Assembly (NCBI GenBank): GCA_003963455.1
Contig: RXJA01000188.1
Span: 17,854 to 81,853, forward strand
DNA length: 64,000 bases
Origin: Hyphomicrobiales bacterium
GTDB taxonomy: Bacteria; Pseudomonadota; Alphaproteobacteria; Rhizobiales; Rhizobiaceae
Direction: 5' to 3'
The notes under the pieces are model-generated. The model worked only from the letters and a program-made list of their open reading frames with translations. It searched no databases and was not told where the DNA came from. A program made the translations under genes and the position numbers. Of the stretch, positions 1 through 9,206 are shown piece by piece. How positions within the stretch are numbered: position 1 is the first letter of the stretch; every line of letters starts with the position of its first letter.

Positions 1-845
1 CCGGGAACCACGGCATTGCGGACGCTCAGCATCGGTTGATCTGTACGCGTGGGCTGCTTTTGAGGGTAAAGGGCGCCAAGTTCACGACCCACCATCAGGC
101 GCGCCATGTCGATCTGACTCAGGGCGCGGCCCGGATAGGTGCCGATCATCTTGCCGTCGCGCAATACGGTAACCTTGTCCGCCAGCCGCTGCACCTCGTC
201 GAGCCGGTGGCTGATGTAGAGAACCGCGATGCCCCTTGCCTTGAGTTCGAAGATGATGGCGAGCAGGCGCTCGACTTCTCCCCCCGTGAGCACGGCTGTC
301 GGTTCGTCGAAGATGACCACCCGATGCTCATCGAGCAACGCGCGAGCGATCTGCACCAGCTGGCGATCCGCCAGCGAAATGTCGCGCACAAGAGTCGTGG
401 CCGGGACCTCGCAGCCCAGCTCCGCGAGCTTTGCCGACGCGAGGCGGCGCATGCGAGCGTCATCGACAAGCCCTCCCTTGGTGAGCTCGCGGCCGAGGAA
501 GAGATTGTCGGTGACGCTCAGCGCATCGGCGAGAAGGATCTCCTGATGCACCAGGGCGATGCCGGCGGCCTGAGCCTGGTCCGGCCTGCTGAAGCGCACC
601 TGGTGCCCCGCCATGGACAATGTGCCTTCAGTCGGCTCGATGTAACCGGACAGCAGCCGCATGAACGTCGACTTGCCGGCGCCGTTCTCGCCGATGATCG
701 CATGGATCTCGCCGGGCAGGATATCGAGCGTGACATCCGACAGCACCGTGACAGTGCCGTACTGCTTGGAAACGTCCTCTGCCCGCAGCACGGGCGCGAC
801 CGGCGCAACAGCGCGATCCTTGTCTATGCGAGCGGCAATGGACAT
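1..845 (-). CDS. Sugar-type (CUT2/RbsA-like) ABC transporter ATP-binding protein, 3' end runs off the window
   Basis: Not in the ORF track; manual translation from ATG at 845 gives MSIAARID...GEIHAIIGENGAGKST (Walker A)...VVIFDEPT...YISHRLDEV...VLRDG, open to position 1. Confidence 0.9.
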   Translation of the reverse strand, partial: MSIAARIDKDRAVAPVAPVLRAEDVSKQYGTVTVLSDVTLDILPGEIHAIIGENGAGKSTFMRLLSGYIEPTEGTLSMAGHQVRFSRPDQAQAAGIALVHQEILLADALSVTDNLFLGRELTKGGLVDDARMRRLASAKLAELGCEVPATTLVRDISLADRQLVQIARALLDEHRVVIFDEPTAVLTGGEVERLLAIIFELKARGIAVLYISHRLDEVQRLADKVTVLRDGKMIGTYPGRALSQIDMARLMVGRELGALYPQKQPTRTDQPMLSVRNAVVP

Positions 846-853
846 GGGAGCGG

Positions 854-1552
854 TCACTCGAAGGCAGGCAGGAGCCGGTCCCGCGAATTCTCAATGTGCA
901 CGCGCATCGCCTTCTTGGCGCCGCCCGCATCACCGGCAGCGAAAGCAGCGAGAATTGCCTCGTGCTCATTCAACGCTTCTTCGGTGACACGCGAGTGGTA
1001 CATCAGGCGGAAGATGTGGAAGTGGGTATGCTGGTGGTTCAGCGTCTCGCGGATGAGCTCGTTCTGCGCGAACTCCATGATCTTGTCGTGGAAGATCGCA
1101 TCCTGCCGCGCGAAATTGGAATAGCGCAGGCGCTCATCCTTCCCCACCCGCCGCGCCATCACGCCGGCCGCTTCCCGAAGGGTTGCAAGGCGCTCCTCGT
1201 CCAGCGCCGCCGTGGCCTTGGCTGCGGCGGCGGGCTCCAGCAGAAGGCGCAGTTCGTAGAGCTCGTCGAACCGGCGCCGCGTGATCTGCGGCGCGGCGCG
1301 ATAGCCGATCAAATGGGTCTTCAACACCAGCCCCTCGCCTTCCAGCCGGCCGAGGGCTTCGCGGATGGGCGTGTGAGAGACATTGAACTCCCTGACGAGA
1401 TTGTCGACGGTGATCCGCGACCCCGGGGGAATCCTCAGCGACATCAACTGCGCGAAGATCGCCTCATAGACATCCCCGGCCAGGCTGTTGGCCCGCTGGA
1501 TGCGGCCGCTCGCGCGGGCTTCGTTGTCGACGGTCAGATCGGGGTCTTGCAT
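854..1552 (-). CDS. GntR family (FCD domain) transcriptional regulator
   Basis: N-terminal wHTH (VSHTPIREALGRLEGEGLV), C-terminal FCD (FHDKI...EHEAILAA...HIENS); start placed at ATG 1552, which has GAGG upstream. Confidence 0.9.
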   Translation of the reverse strand: MQDPDLTVDNEARASGRIQRANSLAGDVYEAIFAQLMSLRIPPGSRITVDNLVREFNVSHTPIREALGRLEGEGLVLKTHLIGYRAAPQITRRRFDELYELRLLLEPAAAAKATAALDEERLATLREAAGVMARRVGKDERLRYSNFARQDAIFHDKIMEFAQNELIRETLNHQHTHFHIFRLMYHSRVTEEALNEHEAILAAFAAGDAGGAKKAMRVHIENSRDRLLPAFE

Positions 1553-1609
1553 CGTTTTGCCTCTTGACAGGAGCAAGCCCTAACACGATGCTCCGGTCAA
1601 TTCAATACT

Positions 1610-1637
1610 ATATCCTATACGATTTTATAGAGGATAT
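1610..1637. promoter_or_regulatory. AT-rich inverted repeat in the divergent promoter region, candidate GntR operator
   Basis: ATATCCT-N14-AGGATAT between the divergent gntR and ADH genes. Confidence 0.4.
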
Positions 1638-1783
1638 GAAAAGATGGGCTAGGAACCCTTTATGGACGCGACCGCGCCTGACGGGCCGGACGGGCCAGAA
1701 AGCTGAGCCCTGGGGATCCGCCAAGACGGGCTCGGATGAACGTGGCACTTGGCCAATCGGTTTGTTTTGAAAGACCTCAGCTC

Positions 1784-3010
1784 ATGACCTTGTTTGCAGC
1801 CGCGCGCCTGCCGCGCGAAATCCTCTTCGGCAAGGGCCAGCGCCATGCGCTGCCTGCCATCGCCGGTCGTTATGGCCGGCGCGCATTCATCTGCACCGAC
1901 GAGCGCCTCGCCAGGACGCCTGAATTTGTTGAGATCCTCGATGGATTGAAAACCGCCCGGATCGACACACTCGTCTACGACCGGACCTTACCCGATGTGC
2001 CGCGCGACAGCGTCGGCGCCTGTATCGCAGAGGCCAAGAGCTTCAAGCCGGACATGGTGATCGGGGTTGGAGGCGGCAGTTGCCTCGACATGGCCAAATG
2101 CGCCGGACTGCTGCTCAGCCACGGCGGCAACCTTCAGGACTACTATGGTGAATTCAAGGTGCCTGGCCCTACCCTTCCCCTGATCGCGGTGCCGACCACG
2201 GCCGGCACCGGCTCCGAGGTGACTCCGGTCGCCGTCATCTCCGACCCGGAGCGGACGCTCAAGGTCGGCATCTCCAGCCCTCATCTCATTGCCGCGGTTG
2301 CGCTTTGCGACCCGGACCTGACGATGACTTGCCCACCATCCCTGACAGCCATCGCAGGCGCCGACGCGTTGACGCATGCGATCGAAGCCTTCACCGCGGC
2401 AAGACGCAGCGCCGATGCCGATCTGCCGCAACGACATGTCTTCGTCGGCAAGAGCGCGCTGACCGATCATTTCGCCCTGCTGGCGATCAGGCTCCTGGGC
2501 CGCAGCCTCGAGGCCGCCTATCGCGACGGGTCGAACGAGAGCGCGCGCGCCGATGTCATGATGGGAGCGTTGGCCGCCGGCTGCGCCTTCGGCACGGCGG
2601 GAACCGCCGCCGCCCATGCGGTGCAGTATCCGGTCGGCGCGCTAACCCACACGCCGCATGGCCTGGGCGTCGCGACGATGCTTCCTTATGTGATGCGCTA
2701 CAACCTGTCCGCCGCAACGCCGGAGATCGCCGAGATCGGCACTGTTCTTGGCCTGCCCAACCACGACCGGAACGCGGATCAGTTGGCGGACGCCACGATC
2801 GGGGAAGTCGCGCGACTCTTCAACGCGATCGGTATCACCCGGACGCTGGCCGACCTTGGCCTTCCCGAGGACAAGGTCGACTGGACTGCGGAACAGGCGC
2901 TCGGCATCGAGCGGCTGATCAAGAACAATCCCCGCCCCTTCGACCTGCCTGCCATGCAGCGTCTGGTCAGGGCTGCCTACCGCGGCGACATGTCGGCCGC
3001 GACGATGTGA
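1784..3010 (+). CDS. Iron-containing alcohol dehydrogenase
   Basis: GGGSCLD, PTTAGTGSE, DALTHAIE, AHAVQY and PHGLG metal-binding motifs; start set at MTLF (1784). Confidence 0.9.
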   Translation: MTLFAAARLPREILFGKGQRHALPAIAGRYGRRAFICTDERLARTPEFVEILDGLKTARIDTLVYDRTLPDVPRDSVGACIAEAKSFKPDMVIGVGGGSCLDMAKCAGLLLSHGGNLQDYYGEFKVPGPTLPLIAVPTTAGTGSEVTPVAVISDPERTLKVGISSPHLIAAVALCDPDLTMTCPPSLTAIAGADALTHAIEAFTAARRSADADLPQRHVFVGKSALTDHFALLAIRLLGRSLEAAYRDGSNESARADVMMGALAAGCAFGTAGTAAAHAVQYPVGALTHTPHGLGVATMLPYVMRYNLSAATPEIAEIGTVLGLPNHDRNADQLADATIGEVARLFNAIGITRTLADLGLPEDKVDWTAEQALGIERLIKNNPRPFDLPAMQRLVRAAYRGDMSAATM

Positions 3011-3029
3011 GTGATGGAGCCCGATTCCA

Positions 3030-4517
3030 ATGAACATTTCCCAAGAGTTGATTGAGCAGGATTCCGACATGTCCGACTACACTCCATTTTCGCACGGGCT
3101 CTATATCGGCGGGAAATGGCTGCCCTCATCCGAGGGCCGCGTCATCGAAGTGGTCGATCCTTCGACCGAGGCCGTGATCGCGGCGGTTCCAGATGCCACG
3201 CTCGCCGACGCCGCGGCAGCGGTCGAGGCGGCGGCAAGGGCGGCGGTCGGCTGGCGCGAGACCCCGCCGCGCAAGCGCTCGGAGATCCTGAGGCGCTGTT
3301 TCGAGCTTATGACCGAACGTGCCGAGACCTTGGCCGCGTTGATTTCCCTGGAGAACGGCAAGGCCCTGCGCGATGCGCGCGGCGAAGTCGCCTACGCTGC
3401 CGAATTCTTCCGCTGGAACGCGGAGGAAGCGGTTCGCATCAGCGGCGAGTTCGGCCTTGCGCCATCTGGCGCGAACCGGATCGTGGTCGACTACCAGCCC
3501 ATCGGCATCTGCGTTCTGATAACGCCGTGGAATTTCCCGGCGGCGATGGCCACGCGCAAGATCGCGCCGGCGCTTGCCGCCGGCTGTACCGTCATCCTGA
3601 AGCCGGCCAGCGAGACGCCGCTGACCGCCTACGCGCTTGCCGCTCTCTACGAGGAGGCCGGCGTGCCGCCTGGCGTCGTCAATGTCATCACCACCTCGAA
3701 TCCGGGCCCGGTGACTGCGGCCATGTTGGCCGACGCGCGGGTGCGGAAGCTGTCTTTCACCGGCTCTACCGGCATCGGCCGGGTGCTTCTTGCCGAGGCG
3801 GCGAGACACGTCATCTCCTGTTCGATGGAGCTTGGCGGCAACGCGCCGTTCATCGTGCTCGACGACGCCGACCTTGAAGCGGCGCTCGACGGGGCGATGA
3901 TCGCCAAGATGCGCAACGCCGGTGAGGCCTGCACGGCCGCCAACAGGCTCTACGCGCAGGCTGGCATTCACGACGCCTTCGCCGAAGGCCTGCGCAAACG
4001 CATGGCGGCGCTCGCCATCGGCCCGGGCACGGATTCTGAAACCGAATGCGGGCCGATGATCACCAGGAAGGCCGTGGACAAGATCGATCGGCTCGTCCAG
4101 GACGCAGTCGCGCGCGGGGCGAAGGTTCTGTGCGGCGGCGCAGTCGTCGAGGGGCGAGGATTTTTCTATCCTCCCACGGTGCTGAGCGACGTGCCTGTCG
4201 ACGCTGCCATGGCTCACGAGGAGATATTCGGTCCGGTGGCACCGATCAGCCGCTTCGAGGACGAGGCGGAGGTCATCGCAAAAGCGAACGACACCGAATA
4301 CGGCCTTGCGGCCTACATCTACACGCGCGACCTTGCGAAGGGCATGCGCATGGCGTCGAAGATCGAGTCCGGCATGATCGCGCTCAATCGCGGCCTGATG
4401 TCGGACCCTGCCGCGCCCTTCGGCGGCGTCAAGCAGAGCGGGCTTGGGCGCGAGGGCGGGCAGAAGCACGGCATCGCCGAGTTCATGGAGGCGAAATACA
4501 TCGCCGTGACGATCTGA
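3030..4517 (+). CDS. NAD(P)-dependent aldehyde dehydrogenase, succinate-semialdehyde dehydrogenase (GabD)-like
   Basis: ITPWNFP, FTGSTG, MELGGNAP, RNAGEACTA (catalytic Cys), EEIFGP, PFGGVKQSGLGREG. Confidence 0.88.
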   Translation: MNISQELIEQDSDMSDYTPFSHGLYIGGKWLPSSEGRVIEVVDPSTEAVIAAVPDATLADAAAAVEAAARAAVGWRETPPRKRSEILRRCFELMTERAETLAALISLENGKALRDARGEVAYAAEFFRWNAEEAVRISGEFGLAPSGANRIVVDYQPIGICVLITPWNFPAAMATRKIAPALAAGCTVILKPASETPLTAYALAALYEEAGVPPGVVNVITTSNPGPVTAAMLADARVRKLSFTGSTGIGRVLLAEAARHVISCSMELGGNAPFIVLDDADLEAALDGAMIAKMRNAGEACTAANRLYAQAGIHDAFAEGLRKRMAALAIGPGTDSETECGPMITRKAVDKIDRLVQDAVARGAKVLCGGAVVEGRGFFYPPTVLSDVPVDAAMAHEEIFGPVAPISRFEDEAEVIAKANDTEYGLAAYIYTRDLAKGMRMASKIESGMIALNRGLMSDPAAPFGGVKQSGLGREGGQKHGIAEFMEAKYIAVTI

Positions 4518-5341
4518 TGAGACAGATGGCGAAAGATCCATTCCGCATTCGCGACCATGTCCCCGAGTTCGACGACATCGTCGCCGAGATCGTTTGCCGC
4601 AGCGCCGAGACCAGGGCGACGTTACCAATGGCCGCCGACGTCGCCTATGGGCCGGATAGCATCGAAACCGTCGACCTGTTCTTCCCGCCGGGCAAACGCG
4701 ATTGCCTGCCGGTGCACATGTTCATTCACGGCGGCTACTGGCGCATGTTCTCCAAGCGCGACTATTCCTATGTCGCCGAAACCGTCACGAACGCGGGCGC
4801 GATCGCGGTCATCGTGGACTATGCGCTGATGCCGGCGGTAAGGATGGAGAGGATCATTGACCAGATACGTCGCGCCAGGCGGTGGGTGGCTGAACACGTC
4901 GCAAGCTACGGCGGCAACCCCGATCAGTTCACAGTGAGCGGCCATTCGGCCGGCGCTCATCTCGCGACGACGCTTTTTGGCGACGACAGCCGGCCATCTG
5001 GCATCAAAGGCGCGCTACTGCTGGGGGGCCTCTACGACCTAAGGCCGTTACAGCACTCGTTTCTGGCTGCCGAGATCGCGATCACCGATGAAGAGGTCGA
5101 GCGATTCTCGCCGATGGATTTTCGCTTCGATCCCTCGGTGAGCGTTGAGCTTTCCGTCGGGGCCGACGAAACGCCACCCTTCCACAGCCAAGCAGGTGAT
5201 TTTGCCGAGACTCTCGAAAGGCAAGGGCTAGCCGTGTCGCGCACGAGCCTTGCAGCGGCAAATCACATGAGCAGCGTCCGCGACCTTGGCTTGGCGGGCA
5301 CGCAAGCCGCGGCATTGTTGGCTCGACTGCTGGGCGGATGA
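4517..5341 (+). CDS. Alpha/beta hydrolase (HSL-type esterase / arylformamidase-like)
   Basis: HGGYW oxyanion motif, GHSAG nucleophile elbow, C-terminal NH; TGATG overlap with the upstream stop fixes the start at 4517. Confidence 0.85.
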   Translation: MRQMAKDPFRIRDHVPEFDDIVAEIVCRSAETRATLPMAADVAYGPDSIETVDLFFPPGKRDCLPVHMFIHGGYWRMFSKRDYSYVAETVTNAGAIAVIVDYALMPAVRMERIIDQIRRARRWVAEHVASYGGNPDQFTVSGHSAGAHLATTLFGDDSRPSGIKGALLLGGLYDLRPLQHSFLAAEIAITDEEVERFSPMDFRFDPSVSVELSVGADETPPFHSQAGDFAETLERQGLAVSRTSLAAANHMSSVRDLGLAGTQAAALLARLLGG

Positions 5342-5532
5342 AGGCCCGCTGCTACGCCGCCGCGCCGGGCTGTGGCGTCTCGCATGTCTGCGACTTCGCC
5401 TACGGCGATGGATCCAATCCTGCCGGCTGCGCCGCCTTCAGTCGACCCACCGCCTGCTCGCGGACACGGCAAATTCCAGTATGTCGCGTTGCACCGTTTG
5501 GTGGTTCTCGGCAACTGCCGCCGGACGGCAAC

Positions 5533-5564
5533 CCATATGGATCTTGGTCACAACATCCATATGG
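5533..5564. terminator. Hairpin between convergent transcription units
   Basis: CCATATGGAT-N12-ATCCATATGG, 10 bp past the Rieske gene stop; no clear U-tract. Confidence 0.4.
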
Positions 5565-5574
5565 CTTCACCCTG

Positions 5575-6906
5575 CTATTGAGTTCTGCAGGCCGCTTTCG
5601 GCGAGGCATAAAGCTGTGACGGCGCCGACCATGCCTCGCCACCCTCACCACGCTCGCCGGTGATCAGAGTGCGCAACTGCGACAGATAGGTCTCCACGAA
5701 AAAGGCCGTCTGCGATTCCAGCGGCGTATAAGGCCCGGGGCGATAGGCGCGCGAGGCAATACCCTCGGCGTTGTCTTCCGTGATCTTCTTATCCTGAACG
5801 GTCGTCACGTCCCACATCCATGAGATCTTGTCGGCATCCACGGCCGGGTCGGCATCCTTGTCGACGAGCCAGGTCAATACCACGTCGGTTTCGTTCGCGC
5901 TGCGCGGGATCATCTGGAACATCGTCAGATAGTCGTTGGGCGCGCTCAGGAACGAGAGCCGGCCGATCCGGAAGCCGTTCTCGCCGCCGTCATACTTGCC
6001 GCGCCCGCCCATCAGGCGCGAGACCGGCTGGCCGTCGTCGGAAAGCGTGAGACGTCCGGAGCCGATCGGCTTGCGGTGCATGGCGAAAGGCATTGTGTCC
6101 AGGTCGCCAGGCTCCCACACGCCCTTGTGGAACTCGGCATCGCCGATGACGCTGTGCCAGGCGTCGATCTCGTCCCGCCACGCCGCGGCATTGTACTCGT
6201 CGCGCATGGCGGTCACTTTCACATGGCCATTGACACGGAAATATTCAGGGTGGGCGGGGCGGCAGTGATAGCACTCGAGGAAATTCTCCAGCACCAGTTT
6301 CCAGTTCGCCTTGGTCAGGTAGTTCTTGCGCGCGACGATACGAGCGTCGGCCACCCCGTTTTCGCGCAGAAGATCGGTCAGGCCCGCCGCCGCTGGCTCG
6401 ATGTCGGGGAGGCTCGCGGCATCGAGACCGCACAGCACGAGACCGCCGATAACCTTCGTCGGCACCTTGTGCAGGCCGAGGCCGTCGCCGTCGATTCCTT
6501 CGGGCAGGTCGCGCCGGGTCTGCAGCTCGCCGGTCAACCTGAAGGACCAGGCGTGGTACGGGCAGACCAGGAGCTTGCTGCTGCCGTCCTTCACGCACAG
6601 GCGCGAGCCGCGATGGGTGCAGACATTGTAATAGGCGGCAATGTCGTCCTCGCCGTCGCCGTGGCGAGCGATGATGATCTCCTCGTCGAACAACTGCCGG
6701 ATGATGTGGCTGCCCTTTTCCGGCAGTTCGCTGGCATGGGCGACGATGACCCACTGGCGAGGAAACCACAGCTCGCGCTCGAGCGCGAATATCTCCTGAT
6801 CGAGGTAGAAGGCCTGCTGCAGCGACCAGTCCTTGCGATGCTCGTCTATAAGCCGGACGACGCGCGCGCGATCGAGGTCCGACAAGGTTCTGTCATTTGC
6901 GTGCAT
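5575..6906 (-). CDS. Rieske non-heme iron oxygenase alpha subunit (GbcA/Stc2/choline monooxygenase-like)
   Basis: CTHRGS...CPYHAW Rieske ligands; NWKLVLENFLECYHCRPAH and QD mononuclear-iron motifs; start MHAND (6906). Confidence 0.88.
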   Translation of the reverse strand: MHANDRTLSDLDRARVVRLIDEHRKDWSLQQAFYLDQEIFALERELWFPRQWVIVAHASELPEKGSHIIRQLFDEEIIIARHGDGEDDIAAYYNVCTHRGSRLCVKDGSSKLLVCPYHAWSFRLTGELQTRRDLPEGIDGDGLGLHKVPTKVIGGLVLCGLDAASLPDIEPAAAGLTDLLRENGVADARIVARKNYLTKANWKLVLENFLECYHCRPAHPEYFRVNGHVKVTAMRDEYNAAAWRDEIDAWHSVIGDAEFHKGVWEPGDLDTMPFAMHRKPIGSGRLTLSDDGQPVSRLMGGRGKYDGGENGFRIGRLSFLSAPNDYLTMFQMIPRSANETDVVLTWLVDKDADPAVDADKISWMWDVTTVQDKKITEDNAEGIASRAYRPGPYTPLESQTAFFVETYLSQLRTLITGERGEGGEAWSAPSQLYASPKAACRTQ

Positions 6907-6993
6907 GGGCGGGCTCCATCGGCTGGCTGATGCCTTTTGGTTAGGGTTGCAGTGAATTGTTGCTGTCATCAACCATGAATTTGACAGGCTTCC

Positions 6994-7008
6994 ATCTCAA
7001 AAAGTCAT
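6994..7008. promoter_or_regulatory. Candidate LysR binding site (T-N11-A)
   Basis: ATCTC-AAAAA-GTCAT just upstream of the lysR start, between divergent genes. Confidence 0.4.
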
Positions 7009-7025
7009 GGAATATTCTGTCGCCG

Positions 7026-7922
7026 ATGATGAAGACGCTCAAAGCATCCCTGCCCCTGCTCAATGCGATGGTCGCCTTCGAGGCGACCGCGCGGCGCGGC
7101 AACCTCACGGCCGCCGCCGAAGAGCTCGCCATCGCACAGTCGGCCGTCTCGCGCCACGTCGCCAACCTGGAAAAACGGCTGTCGCTGGACCTATTGACGC
7201 GCAAGGGCAACCGCATTTCGCTTACTGAGAACGGATCGGCGCTGGCCGACGCGATCCGCGAAGGACTGGGCACGATCCGGGACGCGGTCTCACGCCTGCA
7301 GGAGGCCGACCGCGACTCCTTCATCATCGCCAGCGGCTACGACCTCGTCCAGGCATGGCTGATGCCGCGCTTCGATCTCGTGACCTCGCTGGTCACGCAT
7401 GGGCGCGTCACGCTGCTCACCTCGAGCAACCCCGACGATTTCAATGGTCCGGAAGTGGCGATCTCGATACGGTTCGGTCGTCCGGAGCATTGGCCCGGTT
7501 TCGTGGCCCGAAAACTGTTCGACGGGGAATGGTTCCCTGTCTGCTCGCCAGCCTTCCTGGACAGGCACCCGGCCCTGGCCACGGAGGATCCGGCGGCCTT
7601 CCTCGACGTGCCGCTGCTTCACCTCGCCGCTCCGGCCAATGCGGTGGACAACTGGAAGTCCTGGACCGGCGCGGCGCGGAGCCTGCCTGGACCGACATTT
7701 TCCAGCTACCTGTCGATGATGCATGAGGCGATAGCCGGCCGCGGCGCCGCGCTCGCCTGGGCGGGTTTCGTCGAGGAGCAGTTGAGACTTGGGCAACTGG
7801 TGCGGCTGACAAGAACCTCGCGCCGGCATGCCGATGCCTTCTACCTCCTCACCCGCAGGAAGACGACGCCGACCGAGCAGATGGTGGCGCAGGCATTGCT
7901 CGACAGCGTGACGGCGCGCTGA
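7026..7922 (+). CDS. LysR family regulator (GcvA-like)
   Basis: LNAMVAFEATARRGNLTAAAEELAIAQSAVSRHV HTH; WLMPR and FPVCSP typical of the GcvA subgroup. Confidence 0.92.
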   Translation: MMKTLKASLPLLNAMVAFEATARRGNLTAAAEELAIAQSAVSRHVANLEKRLSLDLLTRKGNRISLTENGSALADAIREGLGTIRDAVSRLQEADRDSFIIASGYDLVQAWLMPRFDLVTSLVTHGRVTLLTSSNPDDFNGPEVAISIRFGRPEHWPGFVARKLFDGEWFPVCSPAFLDRHPALATEDPAAFLDVPLLHLAAPANAVDNWKSWTGAARSLPGPTFSSYLSMMHEAIAGRGAALAWAGFVEEQLRLGQLVRLTRTSRRHADAFYLLTRRKTTPTEQMVAQALLDSVTAR

Positions 7923-7934
7923 TCTCCTTTGCTC

Positions 7935-9194
7935 CTACTCCGCGGCGGTCGCGAAGCGCTTGGCGCCATGGCGCGCGCTCCAAGCCGGCATGGAGGCCTC
8001 GACATCTTCTTCGCCCGGGAAAGCGTCGCGCGCATAGCGGTCGATCCTGAAGCGCGCCGGATCGACGATGCGCGGAATATCGAGCAGGATTTCGCTGGCT
8101 AGCCGACCGAGGCCGGGCCCGTGACTGACGCCGCTTTCATTGTCGCCGCCCACCACGACGACATTCGCGTGTCCCGGCACATGCCCGACCATCAAGCCGA
8201 CATCCGGCGTGTAGCACGGAATGCCTTGCGCCCAGCTCGCCACTTTCGAGCCTCGCAACGGCGGGAAGACCTCCTGCAGCCTGCCCATCTGGTGATCGAC
8301 CATGGACTGCATAAGCTCTCGGTTGTGCGGCTGGCCGGGTTCGGGATCGCTCTCCTCCAGGCGATGCATCGGGGTGTAGTGACTACCGGTGCCCCACATG
8401 ATCGCCCCGAAGGTCTCACGCAGCCAAAGGCGCAGTTCGCGGCACTGGACGGTCGGCAAATTCGAAGGCAGGCCACGGTCGTCGGTGACGACGCGCGTGG
8501 CCAGCACCCGCAGCATCGGCAGATGCCAGTCCAGGCCGGCAAGCACCTCGTTATTCCAGGCGCCCGCCGCCACGACCGCGCCATCGGCCTCGATCGTCTC
8601 GCGATCGGTCGTCAGCGTGACCTTGCCGCCGGCGTCACGGATGTCGCGGACCTTGGTCCCGGCCCGTACGACGCCGCCAAGCCTCTTGATTTCGTTCACC
8701 AGCACACCCAGCGCGAGCTTGGTATCGAGCTGGATGCCATGCGGATTGTAGGCGCCGGAATGAACTTTCGCCGGATCGACCAGCCCGCCCATCTTCTCGC
8801 CGATCCGCGCAGCGTCGAGGTCCTGCATTTCCTTCGGCGCATAGGGCGAGGTGAGGACCGGCATGACGAAATCCTCGCGCCCCTGGGGCGTAAGCGCCAT
8901 GATCAGGGTGCCGTTCGGCCGGTAGCCGATCTCCGTGCCGAGATCATGCAGCATGCGATAGAAGTCGAGACCGAATTGCTGAAGCCTCAGCCCCTCCTCG
9001 CCGACCGGGATCATGCCGGCCGACCAGTGCGAGACGAACCCCGCGCCGGCCCCGGTAGTGGCGGCGCCGGGCTCGCCCGCGTCCACGAGCGTCACCTTCC
9101 TCACGCCCGACTGCAACAGGTGATAGGCGGTGGAACAGCCGATGATGCCGGCGCCCACGACCACGATGTGCTTGCTGTTGGCTGCTGCCGGCAT
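7935..9194 (-). CDS. FAD-dependent oxidoreductase, DAO/glycine oxidase family
   Basis: VVGAGIIG Rossmann motif, AAGAW, YTPD, GVSHGPGLG. Confidence 0.85.
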   Translation of the reverse strand: MPAAANSKHIVVVGAGIIGCSTAYHLLQSGVRKVTLVDAGEPGAATTGAGAGFVSHWSAGMIPVGEEGLRLQQFGLDFYRMLHDLGTEIGYRPNGTLIMALTPQGREDFVMPVLTSPYAPKEMQDLDAARIGEKMGGLVDPAKVHSGAYNPHGIQLDTKLALGVLVNEIKRLGGVVRAGTKVRDIRDAGGKVTLTTDRETIEADGAVVAAGAWNNEVLAGLDWHLPMLRVLATRVVTDDRGLPSNLPTVQCRELRLWLRETFGAIMWGTGSHYTPMHRLEESDPEPGQPHNRELMQSMVDHQMGRLQEVFPPLRGSKVASWAQGIPCYTPDVGLMVGHVPGHANVVVVGGDNESGVSHGPGLGRLASEILLDIPRIVDPARFRIDRYARDAFPGEEDVEASMPAWSARHGAKRFATAAE

Positions 9195-9206
9195 TTCCGT
9201 GTCTCC

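Noticed and set aside
36-1124. 362-aa plus-strand ORF
   Set aside because: Antisense shadow of the ABC ATPase and gntR genes, which carry clear motifs on the minus strand
1743-1758. TGGCAC as a possible sigma-54 -24 box upstream of the ADH
   Set aside because: No TTGC at the required position (TGGCAC-TTGGC-CAAT)
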